Positions 13,078 through 27,726 of a stretch of 64,000 bases of DNA are shown here, piece by piece. Origin of the DNA: Octopus sinensis (taxonomy: Eukaryota); assembly GCF_006345805.1 (NCBI RefSeq), contig NC_042997.1, positions 83,390,001 to 83,454,000 of the forward strand, read 5' to 3'. The position numbers and the translations under genes are program-made. The number at the start of each line of letters is the position of its first letter. Position 1 is the stretch's first letter. The notes beneath the pieces were generated by a model. The model was not told the DNA's origin. It did no database searches and was given only the letters and a program-made list of their open reading frames with translations.

Positions 13078-13232
13078 ATGGGCTTCTTTCAGTTTCTGTC
13101 AACCAACTCCTCTCACAAGGCTTTGGTCAGTCCAAAGCTATAGTAGAGGACACTTGCCCAAAGTGCCATACAGTGGAACTGAACCCAGAAATATGTACTC
13201 GGGAAGCTTCTTACCACACAGACATGCCCATG
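13078..13232 (-). mobile_element. SINE family A, head half
   Basis: ggcttctttcagtttctgtc...cacttgcccaaagtgccatacagtggaactgaaccc. Confidence 0.8.
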
Positions 13233-14028
13233 TCTATTGTATGTAAATATTTAAATTGTAACCTGGAAAATATATATATATATAAAGTGGTAAGAAAAAA
13301 TGCAAATATATTTTCTGATTCACTTATGAATCATAGCTAGTTGGGATGAAGTGTTAGTTTCAGTTATTGACCTGAGATCATGCTAAGATATTAACACACA
13401 AAACAATTTTTTTTCCCTTGATTTGCCTGAAAATTTTTTGAACAGTATTTCAAATCTATTTTTTTATAGATATGATTAAGTTAATTTCAGTCACAGCTTC
13501 TAAATCAATATTTTTTAATACTCTTTCAATTATCATTAATGGCTATAAACTATTTTAAAATCTACCCCCATCACTTTTAGCAAGCAAAAATTAGCACAAG
13601 GGCATTATTAAAGCTTTATAAATTTAGCAATTCTTCACACAACAGTTTTTCAAACCATGCTCACAATATATTTAAATTATTATGATTTTTTATATATAGA
13701 TTCATATTCTCTCTAGAATGTCATGTAATTTTCTTGGTACTTCTTTCATGTTACTCTGCATTTCACTTCCTTTATCATTCCATGTTTGAAAATGAAACAT
13801 AAGGAAAGAAACAGCATAAATTCTTATAAATACATGTACAACATCTCAATTATTTCTTCCAATTTACTATTCTCAAAGAATGCATTCTTTCTGGTGGGAT
13901 ATTTCTTTACAACAATCTTTGCTATAGCATTGCCAACATCTACCAGCCCTGTGACTTGATTTATTCATTTCATACCTGCACATATTACATATGTAATGGG
14001 AAAACAATGATTTAATTTTCTTTATATA

Positions 14029-14061
<33 letters not shown>

Positions 14062-14077
14062 AAATATAAAAGGGTAA

Positions 14078-14361
14078 AGATCCTCTTCAGTCATGAATGA
14101 CCATGGGGTTGCACCTACAAACTTCCCCTTTGAGGCACAAGTCTGGGCAAGGTTGTTCATGGAAGACCAGCAGTTGCATACCAGCCTTTCTTCTCCATGC
14201 CACTGATGTTATCCAAGGGAAAAAGCAAAAGCCAATACAGCTCGGTACCAGTGATGTTGCAACTCATTTCTACAGTTGAGTGAACTAGAGCACAACACAC
14301 AGCCCGGTCAGGGAATTGAACTACCTCATGATTGTGAGCCCAATGCCCTAACCACTGAGCC

Positions 14362-14362
<1 letters not shown>
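14078..14362 (-). mobile_element. SINE family D (tRNA-like head gctcagtggttag...gttcaattccc)
   Basis: Matches 24868-25200 and 55300-55634 in reverse. Confidence 0.8.
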
Positions 14363-14411
<49 letters not shown>

Positions 14412-15647
14412 GTTCTCCACAAATAATGTTTTGAAACAACAGTCCACATTCAGTCATGTTAAAAAAGTCAATGAGAAAAATGATACAATACAAAATGATA
14501 ACAATGAAGCATCCTTTTCTTTGTACACTAATTACTATAATCATACCATCAAATCATATATTCTAGATATTCACTGATATATACACAGTCTGACTTAGAG
14601 AACATGTGTGGCTCTGATTAACTACAGCAAAACAAGGCCCATCTAAGTCAAACTCATCATCATTTGAATGTTAGACCTATTTTGTTTTCTATAGCAATGG
14701 TGTCCCAATAAGGTAAATAGTTTTCTATATTCTACATAAAATTAATTCATATTCTCTATGTTGCATTAAACACATTATAAATTGATGTGAAAATATACGT
14801 CTCTTTTCTATTCCAGCCTTCATTGAACCCTGTAGCATAAGTGGTAAGACTCCTAGAAGACCAGATTTGATTCTTGGCTGTAACAATCCCCTTTCCCCTT
14901 TCCCTTCTGAAAGTAGATACAAACATCACAACTCCGTTATACTGATCAGGTTGAATGTCCCTTGGTGGCATTCAACCGAATATAAAAGATTAATCCATTA
15001 ACTAAGCTATATCGGTTTCACTCTTACTGATCAAAGGTAACCCATCCAGGAACATCCTGTCTTTATGAATATCATAAATACATTATTCAATGTTCATTTA
15101 ATACAGCAGGATGAGATCTAGGAGATTAAGCTATGACTTCTAATAAGTAGAGATTCTCATATTAGCTCACAATCACCTCTGTTTATAGCATTAGAGTGTC
15201 AGATAAATATCTATTCATAAATATTTATTCATAAATATTTATTAACTCGTCTTTTTGTTTTATTTAAATACTATATATTAATGACTTTTACAAATACAAC
15301 ACTGATGAATCAATTGAATCCCATTAACTGGGATTGTGAATTAGTATATTGATTCATGTTTAAACCAGCTGAAAACACAACTGTCAGGTAAAGCACAAAG
15401 GAATAATAAGAGACAGGGTTTTTTTTTCTTTTTGTTTTTTTTTAACAAAGAAAACTTCTGATAGAATAATGAAGTACATTCTTTTATTTAGGTTACCAGT
15501 CGATATTACTTGTGAACTGTCCTAGAAGCTGTAAGAAGTTTAGAGAACTTTTAGAGTTGTTGATAAACTAAGAGTTGTACCTGAATGAGTCCATAGCAAT
15601 AATGGCCATATTGTCATTTTTGACAAAACTATTATTCAAGGCTTTAA

Positions 15648-16128
<481 letters not shown>

Positions 16129-17111
16129 CTAATTTTTTTAAATATGTACTTTTTTTCTTCTTTTCTCCACTATGACTTGAAGGAAATTTTGCTGCTATTT
16201 CTAGCCAGTTGGGTCAACCACAACAAGGCTACATCATTAGCTCATATTCTACTTCAACACTTTTAGAAGACAGCATTTCATTAATTGGTGAGAGATAAAC
16301 GAAAATGTTGTCTGCTGAATGTACTACATGTTTTTTGAGATAATAATCAATACACTGATTGCTATGTATAACAAAGAGCCTGTATGGAGTTAGTCACCTT
16401 GCTAAAACTTGCAGCCACATGTGCTACAAATAACGCTCTAATGTCTTCTTAAAAGGAGGACACATTAAATGGCATAGTTTTTAAAAAATAAAAGGAATAA
16501 CGGGTTTGTTAAATCAGGGACAACCCTGGACTGAGAAAATATTACTTATAATAAAGATTTAGAGATTAAATATTTTCGAAAATCAGTCACATGTTGAATG
16601 AGAACATATTGCAAAAGAAGGAAACTTACATTCCAATATAAAATTAAAAGTAATGAGCTTCTTTAAGAATTTATATTGTAACAATTATTTTTTTAAATTA
16701 TATTTGCGTTGTCTTTTTCTCTTTTATCTTTTACATGTTTCAGTCACTGGACTGCAACCATGCTGGGGCACTGCCTTGAAGGATTTTAGTTGAAAAACAT
16801 CACTAGAATAAAGGGACATAAACAAAACAACACCAGTTGTCAAGCAGGAGTAGGAGACAAACACACACACACACACACACATACACCACACATGTACATA
16901 TACATATATACATACACACATATGTATTAAGTACATGCGGATCATTAGCAATTTTTCTCCTCTGTCTTCCTTCTCACTTGGACTTTCCTGTCTCATTTCT
17001 GAAGAAGGGCTTTCTTTCCTTCCCTGAGCATCTGTCAGTACTTTGCATGTATCACATCCTCAGTGTGTTGTTTTTTTTTACTTGTGTTTTTCCTTCGTCT
17101 TTTTGGATTGA

Positions 17112-17177
<66 letters not shown>

Positions 17178-17319
17178 TCAAATATGAAACAGAAGCAGTG
17201 CCAAATCACAGCTGACCAGCAGATACATGAAGCATATACGTTCAGTATATATGCTTGATAATATACATATATTTTGATGGAAGTTTTAGTCATGTTGAAC
17301 CCCTACGCATTTTTTTCTC

Positions 17320-17660
17320 TCTCCATTTTTTTCCTTCTCAATTTTTTCTGTTGAAGAGTCTAAGCTCAAAACGTCAAAGCCTTTTCTATTCTTCCCAAGT
17401 GTTGAACTATTACACCTGCTTGTTATTCCCTCACCTGTCTTTGCCTTCTGTAAATTTGACCTATATATATATATATATATATATCATCATCATTTAACAT
17501 CTGCTAGAGTTCAAATTTATAGATAACAAAAGATGAAGAGATGAGAGAGAAAAACAAGCAAGTGTAATAGTTTAACGCTCAGGGAGAATAGAAAAGTCTT
17601 TGACGCCTGGAGCCAACACTCTTTGACAGAAAGGGATGAGAGGGAAAAAAAGAGAAAAAA
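17320..17660. mobile_element. Inverted pair of decayed hammerhead-bearing short repeats around a (TA)n tract
   Basis: Plus strand ctgttgaagagtctaagctcaaaacgtcaaag at 17348-17379. Minus strand tctgtcaaagagtgttggctccaggcgtcaaagact at about 17595-17630. A further fragment lies at about 16945-17108. Confidence 0.5.
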
Positions 17661-17722
17661 AAAATGTGTGTGTGTGTGTGTGTCTGTCTCTCTATCTATC
17701 TATCTATCTATCTCTCTCTCTA

Positions 17723-17758
<36 letters not shown>

Positions 17759-18423
17759 CCCCACCCATCCCAGCATGGAAGGTGGACATTAAACGAAGAT
17801 ATATGTATGTATGTATGTATACATACATACACAAAGTATGTATACATACATACACACAAACATATAACAAACTTCTTTCAGTTTCTGTCTACCAAATCTA
17901 CTCAAGGCTTTAGTCAGCCTGGTGATATTGACAGAAGATCCTTGCCCAGGGTATCATGCAAGGTGACTGAATCTAGGAACATGTGGTTGGGAAGCAAACT
18001 TCTTACTACACAGCCACACCTGCACCTATGTAAGAAAAGAATTTTTTTTCTATTTATGTATTTAAAACATTTAAGGGATGTGAAATAGCTAGTTTTAATA
18101 GCAGAACTCAAAGCAGATAACACTATAAATAACAGCATGAAGAATATTAGGTTGAAGAGTTCCTGGATAGAAAAAATGTCAAAGGTAGACTTCTACATGT
18201 TACTATTTATAACTTTATTTCAAGTTTCATTGATGTAACAAGTTAATTCATATCTTTTACTTTTTAAGAGAAGACAATTTTTAAGAAATGTTTAAAAATC
18301 AAATGGTTGCCTTACAATGGAAAAGCAACAACATTCATGAATTTTATTTACAACTGAAGGAAAAAAATTGACTAAATATTCAAGAATTACTTCTTGTTGG
18401 ATAAATATAAGGTATCAACTTAC

Positions 18424-18523
18424 TTTTGTTAGGCCTGGTTCCATGTATTGTAATCTAAAAGGATTCAGTACCAAAATACTCTTGGACATTTCACATCCAT
18501 AATTATAAGCAATAATAAGGAAG
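18424..18523 (-). CDS. SNX13: SNX13 coding exon 2 (FLIIAYNYGCEMSKSILVLNPFRLQYMEPGLTK)
   Basis: Acceptor tttttttctaattacag|, donor AAA|gtaagt. 100 nt, phase 2 to 0, so it joins the flanking exons in frame. Ends PGLTK versus vertebrate PGVPK. Confidence 0.88.
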
Positions 18524-19012
18524 CTGTAATTAGAAAAAAAGATGAGTGAGGAGTTATTTAAATGTCAACTAAATCATTTATCATTAATATTAATTTCTTT
18601 TACCATTTTTTTTTCCTAAAGAATCTGAGATAGATCTCTAATAGTAATTACAATAAAGAAAAAAAAAGTAAATGAATTAACCACTGCAATTTTAATGTAA
18701 TATGAAGTTTGACATTATAAGCATCAATTTGAGAAGAAAACAGCAACAGACTCACAAAAAGAATCTATGTCATATCTATCACTTTCTAGAATAATTATGT
18801 TATCAGCAGCTGTGAAATGTTACTGGTGAAGCACTTTTTTGTTTTCTATCTCAGATTGGTTCTTATAATATTGGATAAATGAATCTAGTTGGATATAAAT
18901 ATTTTCCATTTTTTATGAAAAAGATGTTGACTAAAGAAATTTGAGATTAATGGGCAATTATCAGATTAAGAACTAGAAACTGTCCATTGCTTTAACCCTT
19001 TAGCATTTAAAC

Positions 19013-19330
19013 CAGTGGTTCTCAACCATTTTTTACCTATAGACTCCTTTGATTACTATTTTACTCTGGTGGACCCCCAAAGCCATTCGATGTTTAAAAA
19101 CTAATTTTATACACACTTCTTTCAAAATTCCTATTTTGTTTTCACACATTCACTTGTGTAGGTAGAACTATGTAAAATGTTTGAGGAAGAAACCTAGCTG
19201 CTTCTTGCAATAAATACATCTAAAGCAACATTTTTTCATAGATCCATGAAACATTACTGTAGACCCAGTTTACTATTTTGTTTGTGAGGACCCCTCAAAA
19301 CCTTATATGGATCCCAATTTAGAACTACTG
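19013..19330. mobile_element. hAT-like MITE nested in a piggyBac-like MITE
   Basis: 5' TIR cagtggttctcaa, 3' ttagaactactg. atttaaac repeated on both sides (19005-19012 and 19332-19339). Confidence 0.7.
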
Positions 19331-19998
19331 AATTTAAACGAATCATATGTGGCCCAAATATTCAACCAGTTTTGTGTTCAAACCAACCAGGTTTGGCCAG
19401 TCAGACCTACCCTACAATATCATTCTAAAACACATAAGCATTACATTTAACAGAGTGATCCAAGTACTAAAGGATTAATTTTGTAATTTATGAACAACAC
19501 AATGAAATGTAATAAAGGAAAAATAAAAAGTCTTTGGAAATTTTCCTTTGTATTCAGAGAATAGTTTCAATTACTTTTAAATAAGTGTGTAGCATCTGAT
19601 ATTCTGAAATTCAATCCATGTTCACCATAGATTTATAGACAACTCCTTAGTAGCTGAGAATTTCCTTGTAAGAATATAATGAAGAGGATTCTGGCTAATA
19701 TGACTTTGATAGAGAATCAAAAGCTAAGCAACCATTCTTTAGATAAAGAGCTTCAGCTACTTGCAATGGTTAGTTGTATTTATACCATGGTCTTTATTTA
19801 TATCTAGGTAAACTAACCTAATTAACCCTTTTGATACCAACTCGCCTGAGACCACTCCTTGATTCTATGATATAAACTTCCTGCTTTAAAGAGCTCTAAA
19901 TTAAAACCTGTCATCAAAATTTATGCTAATATATTTTCCAAACACTAGCTCAATAATGATAATTCCAAAAAAAGGATGAAATGGTGCTACACATTGCT

Positions 19999-20151
19999 AC
20001 CAATGACTGGAAATATTAAGATCTTAATTACCAATGACTAGAAATTTTAAGATCTTAATAACCAATGACTGAAAATATTAAGATCTTAATAACCAATGAC
20101 TGAAAATATTAAGATCTTAATAACCAATGACTGGAAATTTTAAAATCTTAA
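19999..20151. repeat. 31-bp minisatellite x5 (accaatgactggaaatattaagatcttaata)
   Basis: Units start at 19999, 20030, 20061, 20092 and 20123, with no spacers. Confidence 0.95.
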
Positions 20152-21281
20152 AGTGAAGGTAAAAGAAATATTAAGTGTGAACATTCTGTGCACCTTCTTT
20201 ACTCTTTGATTTAAAATTCAAGCCTCCAATTTAATTTAATCAAGAAGCAATTGCCTCACCAATAGATGACCACCTGGTATATAGAACTGTATTTTACTAA
20301 AATTTTTCCTTATTTGAAGAATTAAGTGAAACAATGGCAGTGTACTTGAATAGAAATATGGTAACAGCAGGGTTATGCTGATATTAATATATTTAATATA
20401 GTTAGTATTGAAAAGATAATTATAAATGATTATGCCTTGAGAAAGCAGTGAATATGGGACACAATTCTGGAATGGTTTTAATCTTATTAGACCTTTTCAG
20501 CACAGCACAGAAGTCTATACTCCATTCTTTTACCCACTAAAATGTACATGGCTGATTACTTGTTGCTGTTAACAATTCATAAAATGTCAAAAGATTTACT
20601 TTATTTACTACACGGAGTGTATGGCAAATTAGTAAAGTTCGTCATGCTCCTTAGGACACTTAATGCCAGAGCCTTACCTGTTTTCAACGTATATAAGTGA
20701 CTGAAATCACACCACTCCCCACCTCCAGAAAGGAATGCCAAGTCATTGTCAGGTTCAACCTCCCAGTTACTGCTAGAACTCATTTACAGCTAAGCGGATT
20801 GGAACAGCAGAAAATGAAGAGTTTTGCTCAACAAAACAATGCACTGGCTGGTCCAGGAAGCAGTGATGAGAGAATCACTAACAATAAAGAGTAAATGGAT
20901 CTCCAATTTTCATGGTGTGTCTTCAACTGTTTGATTAACTGAATTACCTGCTCATAGAATTAGTATTCAAGTGGCTCAACATAATTCCTTGGCCAGAATC
21001 AGCCAGACAGAGTGACATGGTTAGACTTTTAAAATCTCAGGTACAATTCCATCAATCCAAATTCAATCACAAAGGCTTAGGCCAACCTGGTATGATGGCA
21101 AAAGATATTTGCCCTAAATGTTATGTAGTGGGATTGAACCTGGGACTGTGTTACTGCAGTGTTAACTTCTTGACCATCTGATCATATTAAGTCCAATATA
21201 TGACTAAATAAATATACAATAGTGTACATAAGTTGGTGTAAAAATTAGTGCATTTTAAATTTTGGAGATGTCATCCACATG

Positions 21282-21500
21282 CTTAACCTTTTAGCATTCA
21301 GATTATTTTGCCAAATGTAATGCTTATTTATTCATTGTTTTGACTTAATAATGCATTATCTTGTAACTTCAAGATGATGCAATTGTTTAGTTTCACAATG
21401 ACATTGTAGGGTAGGTGAGAGAGCCTGGATCTAGCCAGTTTGAACATAAAATAGGTAGAATATTTTGGCTGGATATGGCCAGTTTAAATGCTAAATGGTG
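21282..21500. mobile_element. piggyBac-like MITE (TTAA-flanked ccctttagcatt...aatgctaaaggg TIRs)
   Basis: Related copies at about 12610-12800, 26590-26822, 56277-56507, 52187-52787 (interrupted) and 18992-19478 (interrupted). Confidence 0.7.
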
Positions 21501-23879
21501 AAAGAAAAAAGAAAAGAAAAAAAACAATAATTAACCATCTTCATTGTGAATACTGTGCAGTTCTGGGATATGAACTGTCAGCTGGTAACCTTATATTATT
21601 ACCCTTATACCCTAATAAATAAACTGCTAGTTGCACAGCTTTAAATCATTCATATGTAATCAAGCAGCCTTGTAGTACAGAGGTACTTGACTGAATAACT
21701 AGACACAACCCACAAATTTATTGTTGTGCATACATTTTGACCTCTGTCTAGCTGAAAGCTAAACTGCAAACTCTGATATGCAATGATAAATTATATTAAG
21801 TGCACTATGGCAGTTTACATCTGTTATATTCTATTATATTCTTTCCATCACTGCCCACTGATTATTGTTGCTGTTGTTATTGCTTTTGTTCAGCCACAAG
21901 TCAGCCCTGATCGATTGGACCTGAAATTCAAAGATATTTCAGTTGTGACCATCTTGTCTTTTTTTTTTTTTATATATATATCCAGGACTACACTGTCCAA
22001 TGTAATAGTACTTCTTAAAAACAGAGTATTAACTGAAAGAAATTTTGCTGTTATTTCTAAAATGTCAAACAACTATGAAGAGGTTTTACACTGATACACA
22101 TGCCTGCATGTTCTTGTAGTAGCTACAGTAGACAGCTGCTACTCCTCTGCACTATTTGGCTCAAACATCTGGTCCTGAGATGAGCTGTCCAATTTCAGCA
22201 ACACATTAGGTTAAACTAACAGAACAAAGTTTGATCACATCTGTTATACTGAATTAAAGTACAGGGACAGAGATCAATCTAAACAATACTTTTGAAAAAG
22301 AGAGAGAGAAAAAAACTAAGCGTTCAAAACACTGAATGCATATCTTGTCAATTCTAATTTAGTTTTACATGGTTAAAATCTAGAACATCATGTAAGTGTG
22401 TTTAGATTATAAACAAATTACTATAAAGAAAATGATTTACTTTAGCTATGTTGTAAATCATAACAAACACTATCCAATAACAAGTTGATTTTCTATCAGT
22501 GAAATCTGTTACAGAGAAAAATATTAGCAACATTGAGATACGATAAAGAACAGCGAGTGCGTGATCAACAGCTGTTACACTAAATACATTTCAATTTAAA
22601 AACTCATTTAATTAGTAAGATACTGGGTTTGTCGGAGACTTGTACATCATAACATAAGACAATAAGAAACCTAATTCTTTTTTTTTTTTAATTTGATTTC
22701 TAATATGCACTTAAATGTGAAATTATGGAGAACATCACAGCATACATAGGTGATAAGTTACCAGATAATTCAATCTGCAGTCCAAGTTCTATTTAAAGTT
22801 GTAGCTATTTCATTTCTACTAACACCTGAAAGGATATAAGTATCACAACTTCAACTAACAAAAATCTATATGGCTGATTTAATAGATATCAATGAGTTAC
22901 AAAGTGTCCAAAGATTGACTTTATTTACATAACTGGATGCATGATCAGTTAGTAAGGTCAATCAGGATTCCTAGGATTCATAAGGTCAGACTCTTACCTG
23001 GTTTCCATAGCATATAAGTGACTAAGATCACAACCTCCACCACCCTACATACCCCTAAATGGAATCCGTGTCCATTGTAGGCTCAAATTCCCAGCTCATT
23101 CCTAGGGCCAAATTCCCTGGTCAAATTGCAGGGTCAAATTCCCAGCTGTAGTTGAATGGATTGGAGCAACATGAAATGAAGTTTTTCTGTCCAAGAACAC
23201 AATATACTGCCTGGTCTAGGAAATGAAACTGTGATCTTACAATTATGACACCCTAACCACTGGGCAATATGCCTTCACCTGAAGTAGGGATTAAATCAAT
23301 ATTTATTAATATATCCCTTCTTGAAAATCTCAAAAATGAAATGAAATAAATAAAATTTGTTTTTCTAAAAAGAAAACATCTACTATCCAACTACTACATT
23401 TGATTTCTAAAAATTAGATTCACAAAATGCTGTACATTATATAAGTAAAACTGGTAATTCAAGAGCCTGATTATCTTTAAAAAAAGATATCAAATTATCA
23501 AAATACTATAATTACAAGAACAATAGATAAGCTGAATGAAAAGTGCAGCCAAGATAAAATAATAATGATATTGATCTTTGAAAGTCAAGGGAATTACAAA
23601 ACAAAAAAGAAAATAAAAGCATGTTAAACACTTAGAGCCCTACATCAAAATATTTAACAAACATCTTAAAACTGAATTTGTCTATACTGTTTTCTAACAT
23701 AAGCACAAGGCCACAAATTTTGGGAGAGGATATAGTTGATTACATCAGTCCCAGCCTTTAATAATGAGTCCCCCACCCCATCAGTAACTATTTAATCTCA
23801 GACCAAGGTAGAAAATATGCTCTATTCTTAGAGAAGCAAAGACAGATGAAGTACTAACTAGGTGTAAACTATACTGAGC

Positions 23880-25380
23880 ACTCATAGACTTAGAGAGGAA
23901 CTCTGACAAGGTATCTCAGTCTATAATCTGGTGGTCACTAATGAAGCTGCAGGTAGATGAATGGCTTATTAGGACTGTTACAAGGTATGTACAGAAGTGT
24001 AGTCAGCAAAATGAGAGTAAGGAGTTTAGTGGTGAATTTGATTTGCAATTAAACATCCATCAGGGCTCAGTTCTCAGCCTCAAGCCATAACAGAAGTGCT
24101 TAAGACCAGCTGTCTGTGAGAATTTCTGTACTACGGTGACCTAGTTCATATCGCAGACTCTGCACAAATTTTAGAAAAGGAATTCCAAACATGGAAGCAA
24201 AACAGAATTAAAAGTAAACTTCATAAGGACTAAGGTTTTAGTAAATAAGAAAAGATGGTAGAACCCTGCTACCATCAGGGAAATGGCTGCATTCAATGCA
24301 CAGAAAAGGAGGAGGTAACAATTTGAAATGGTGTAACTAGTGTAAAACAATGGATGCAGAGAGGTGTAGAGGGACCACAGGCAAGCCAACAAAAATACAT
24401 TTGATCTGTAACAAGTGCACAGAAAAAATAAGCATAATGAACACCCTGAAAATAAATTCTAACAGCCAAGCAATTCCTAAGAAGTAGTTAATGGCTTCAT
24501 TTACCTACAAAAACTAATTAGCAATGGGGAGTGGATATTCTGAAAGAGCTAGAATAAAAATGGATAGTAAAAGCTCAGGGTGCTACTACCTCCACTGGAA
24601 ATAAAGGGCTTCTCCATCAGAGTGAAGAGCATGATGCTTATGTGAAATGGTTGATATGAAATAATAGTGAGATGTAGGTTTTAAATACAGAGGACTTTTG
24701 AAGAGTAGAAAGAAGTGAAGTGAGTTTGCTCAACTGGATGTGTAACATTAGTATGCATGAATGATAGAGGAAAATTGAATATGCGAGGAATCAAATGTAG
24801 TATGCAAGAGAGAAATTTGTGCTGATATGGGCACGTGACACATATGGAGGATAGCAGCTGTTATAGTATAAGGGTGGTTAGAGCGCTGGGCTCACCATCA
24901 TGAGGTAATGAGTTCAATTCCCGGATTGGGCTATGTGTTACATTCTTGAGCAAGACACTTTATTTCATATTGCTCCAGTTCACTCATCTGTAGAAGTGAG
25001 TTGCAATGTCACTGGTGCCAAGCTGTATTGGCCTTTGCCTTTCCCTTGTATAACATCAGTAGTGTGAAGAGAGGGTGCTGATATGCATGGGTGGCTGCTG
25101 GTCTTCCATAAACAACTTGCCTGGACTTGTGCCTAAGGGGGGAATTTTCTAAGTGCAATCCCATGGTCATTTATGACCGAAAGGGGTCTATACCCCTTTT
25201 AGTATAAGGATACTATATAAGAGCTCAAAATGAATGGAACCTGTGAAGACTTGGAACAAAGAGGTGAAGACTGATCTCAGCTTGTATTTAACAAAGGATA
25301 TGACTGAGGATCATAACAACTAGTACCATGCTATACTGGAAAAAACCCAACTACCCATGCGAGCAGGGCAAAACATACAA
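23880..25380 (+). mobile_element. Heavily degraded RTE-like LINE remnant, interrupted by a SINE at about 24868-25200
   Basis: catcagggctcagttctcagcc (HQGSVLS) and decayed LYADDLVLIA / KVN..KTK regions, many stops. Confidence 0.65.
24868..25200 (+). mobile_element. SINE family D inserted in the RTE remnant
   Basis: ggtggttagagcgctgggctc...ttcttgagcaagacactttatttc...gaccgaaaggggtc. Confidence 0.85.
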
Positions 25381-27420
25381 TAAAATAGGGGTAGTTATGG
25401 GGGGGGGGATACATAATATAAATCTATAACTGGGCCTTATGCTCATTTTGTGCCTAAAAAGTCTCTATCTGACGTGCAACTTGCCTATACAATACTTTCT
25501 CATCTCCCTATGACCCCTTTTCTTACTTTACTGAACCAAGCCACCTGTGTAATAAAAGAAAACATTAGATCTGTCCATATTCAACCCCTGCTACTACTCC
25601 AGTCTTCCCATCATGAGCAATAAAAGAGAGCAAGTCGCACGGACACACACACACACTTTAGGGCATGTAGTTCCCAATATATTTTAAGACAGATGGTCAT
25701 GAATAGAAGGCTTTCCTCATAAGTCTACTCAGTTGTGACTGACCTGGAGTTAAATAACATCACCCATAAATGTTTCCAACCAACAACAAATATTCCACAT
25801 CAATGATTGTCGACTTTTTCTCAGCTTGCTGTATTTTGCCATTCATCCTTTACTTCCACTAAAAACACACTAAGTAATTTCTATATATAAAAGCTCAAGT
25901 CACAGCCCAAACCCTATCTTTAGATTTTTATTGTATAAACTAGCATGTTAGCACTAACTTAAAAATTAATTTGAAACTGCAGTCAATAATAGATGACAGA
26001 TCACCACCATCATCATCATTATTATTATTATTGCTTTAACATCTGTTGCTGCTATAAGGATTTGGTTTAGATAGGTCTACTGTACAGTGTGTCACCACTT
26101 ATCTTGGTTTTGCATATAATCTCTTTCATCTATGACACCCAACATCTTCAGATCTGTCCGATTTTATCGCTTTTCCCACTAACTCCACATGTTTGTATAA
26201 GCCTTCTTTTGTTAAGCACCTTCTACTGATGTATACATCACTTCTTCATCACTTATAAAATGGTAATGTGTTTTTATAATGGCAATTAATTATCAAGAAA
26301 TTAATCTGATCCTGTCAAAATTTTAAAACAGTTGTGAATGCAGACTTCCAGAGACTGATAAGAAGCAGAGATAAAAATATGCTTAGAATGCTTGAAACTA
26401 AATCAATTCAGTGACAACCGCAATTAATTGAAACAAATCTAAATTTAAGAGAGGACAGTAAAACTGAGACTGCCTTTTCTGCTCCACAGTATACAATATT
26501 ATTAGAGATTGTTAAATAACAGTTATTAGATACTAACCCACCTGAAACCACTTCTGGTTCTATGAAGTAAAACTTGCATTAATGTGATTACTTTAAACAA
26601 TTTAGTATTCAAATTACTTTGTCAAATGTAATAGTTATTTATTCATATCATTTTGAATTAATCATGTATTATCTTGTAGCTTTGAAATTTTGATAATGTG
26701 ATTTTCATATTTTAATAGTGACATTGTAGGATAGGTATGAGAGGCCAAATCTGACCAATTTGAACATAAAACAGGTAAAATATTTGAGTTAGATAAGGCT
26801 GCTTTAAACATTAAAAGGTCAAATTAAAGCCTTCCATCTTTAATTTATATAAAGAATCTTCTTGCTATGTTTCAAACATGAATATCTTACTAAACTCTTA
26901 CAAATTATTATTATTATTCCAAATATTATTATTATTTTCCAAATCAATTAAAAACTGTAAGCAATGTATGTATTTAGAAATTTGATAATGAAAGGCTTAA
27001 GATAACTGTGGAAAGGTATGAAGTTAGAAGACTGCATGATCAACATATAATTAAAACAATAAGCAAGATATAATTATGACGCTTAGCAAGATATAATTAC
27101 AATAAACAACTTTCTCAACAAAAGAAGCTTCCATATAGTCTGCTGCAAATGTAGCAGTCATTCAAATGATTTTTCCTAGGTCTACACAAGCAGAATGAAC
27201 TGAGGTAGCTAGTAAAAACAATTACAAGTCTTATCACTTCTGATTTGTTGAGAGAGTTGATAACTTTTGTGAAACTGTTTCATAAAATTCCAGAGTACTC
27301 CAACTATTCCCATTAAAAAGCTAAAAATAATAACCCACTGCATTTAAAGGAAGACATGCTTATAAATATTATTGCCAAGAAATTTAGTGAAAACAAATCT
27401 AAGCACAAAGACTTTGGCAA

Positions 27421-27505
27421 GGTAGTAGTAGTAGTAGTAGTAGTAATAGAAGCAACAGCAGCAGCAGAGGTGCTGGTAGTAGTAGTTGTGGTGGTGGTGG
27501 TAGCA
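27421..27505. repeat. Compound trinucleotide microsatellite (GTA)n/(GCA)n/(GTG)n
   Basis: Directly visible. Confidence 0.9.
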
Positions 27506-27726
27506 GAAGAGCAATTTCCATTTTCTTAGCTTATGTGCCAGTAACAACATTGAGATATATAATGAGGTGCTTCAATGACTGTGCTGATGTTTATACAGCA
27601 TTTCCTTGGTTAATCTGAGTAGTGAAGGATGAGGGTTGTCATCTGACAACTGTGCACATTCTCTGACCAACTATTCTTTGTGTTATTAACAACAATAATA
27701 ACATATGGTTTCAAATATTCGCAAAG

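Noticed and set aside
14725-14922. Exon-like block after ctttcag on the minus strand
   Set aside because: No SNX13 similarity, no good donor, and the 18424 and 9693 exons already join in frame.
19999-20151. 31-bp repeats as a CRISPR array
   Set aside because: Units are contiguous with no unique spacers, in a eukaryotic context with no cas genes.
20601-20894. ORFs with CAG|gtaagg donor
   Set aside because: Sequence belongs to an ancient tRNA-SINE body (related copy at about 22995-23275).
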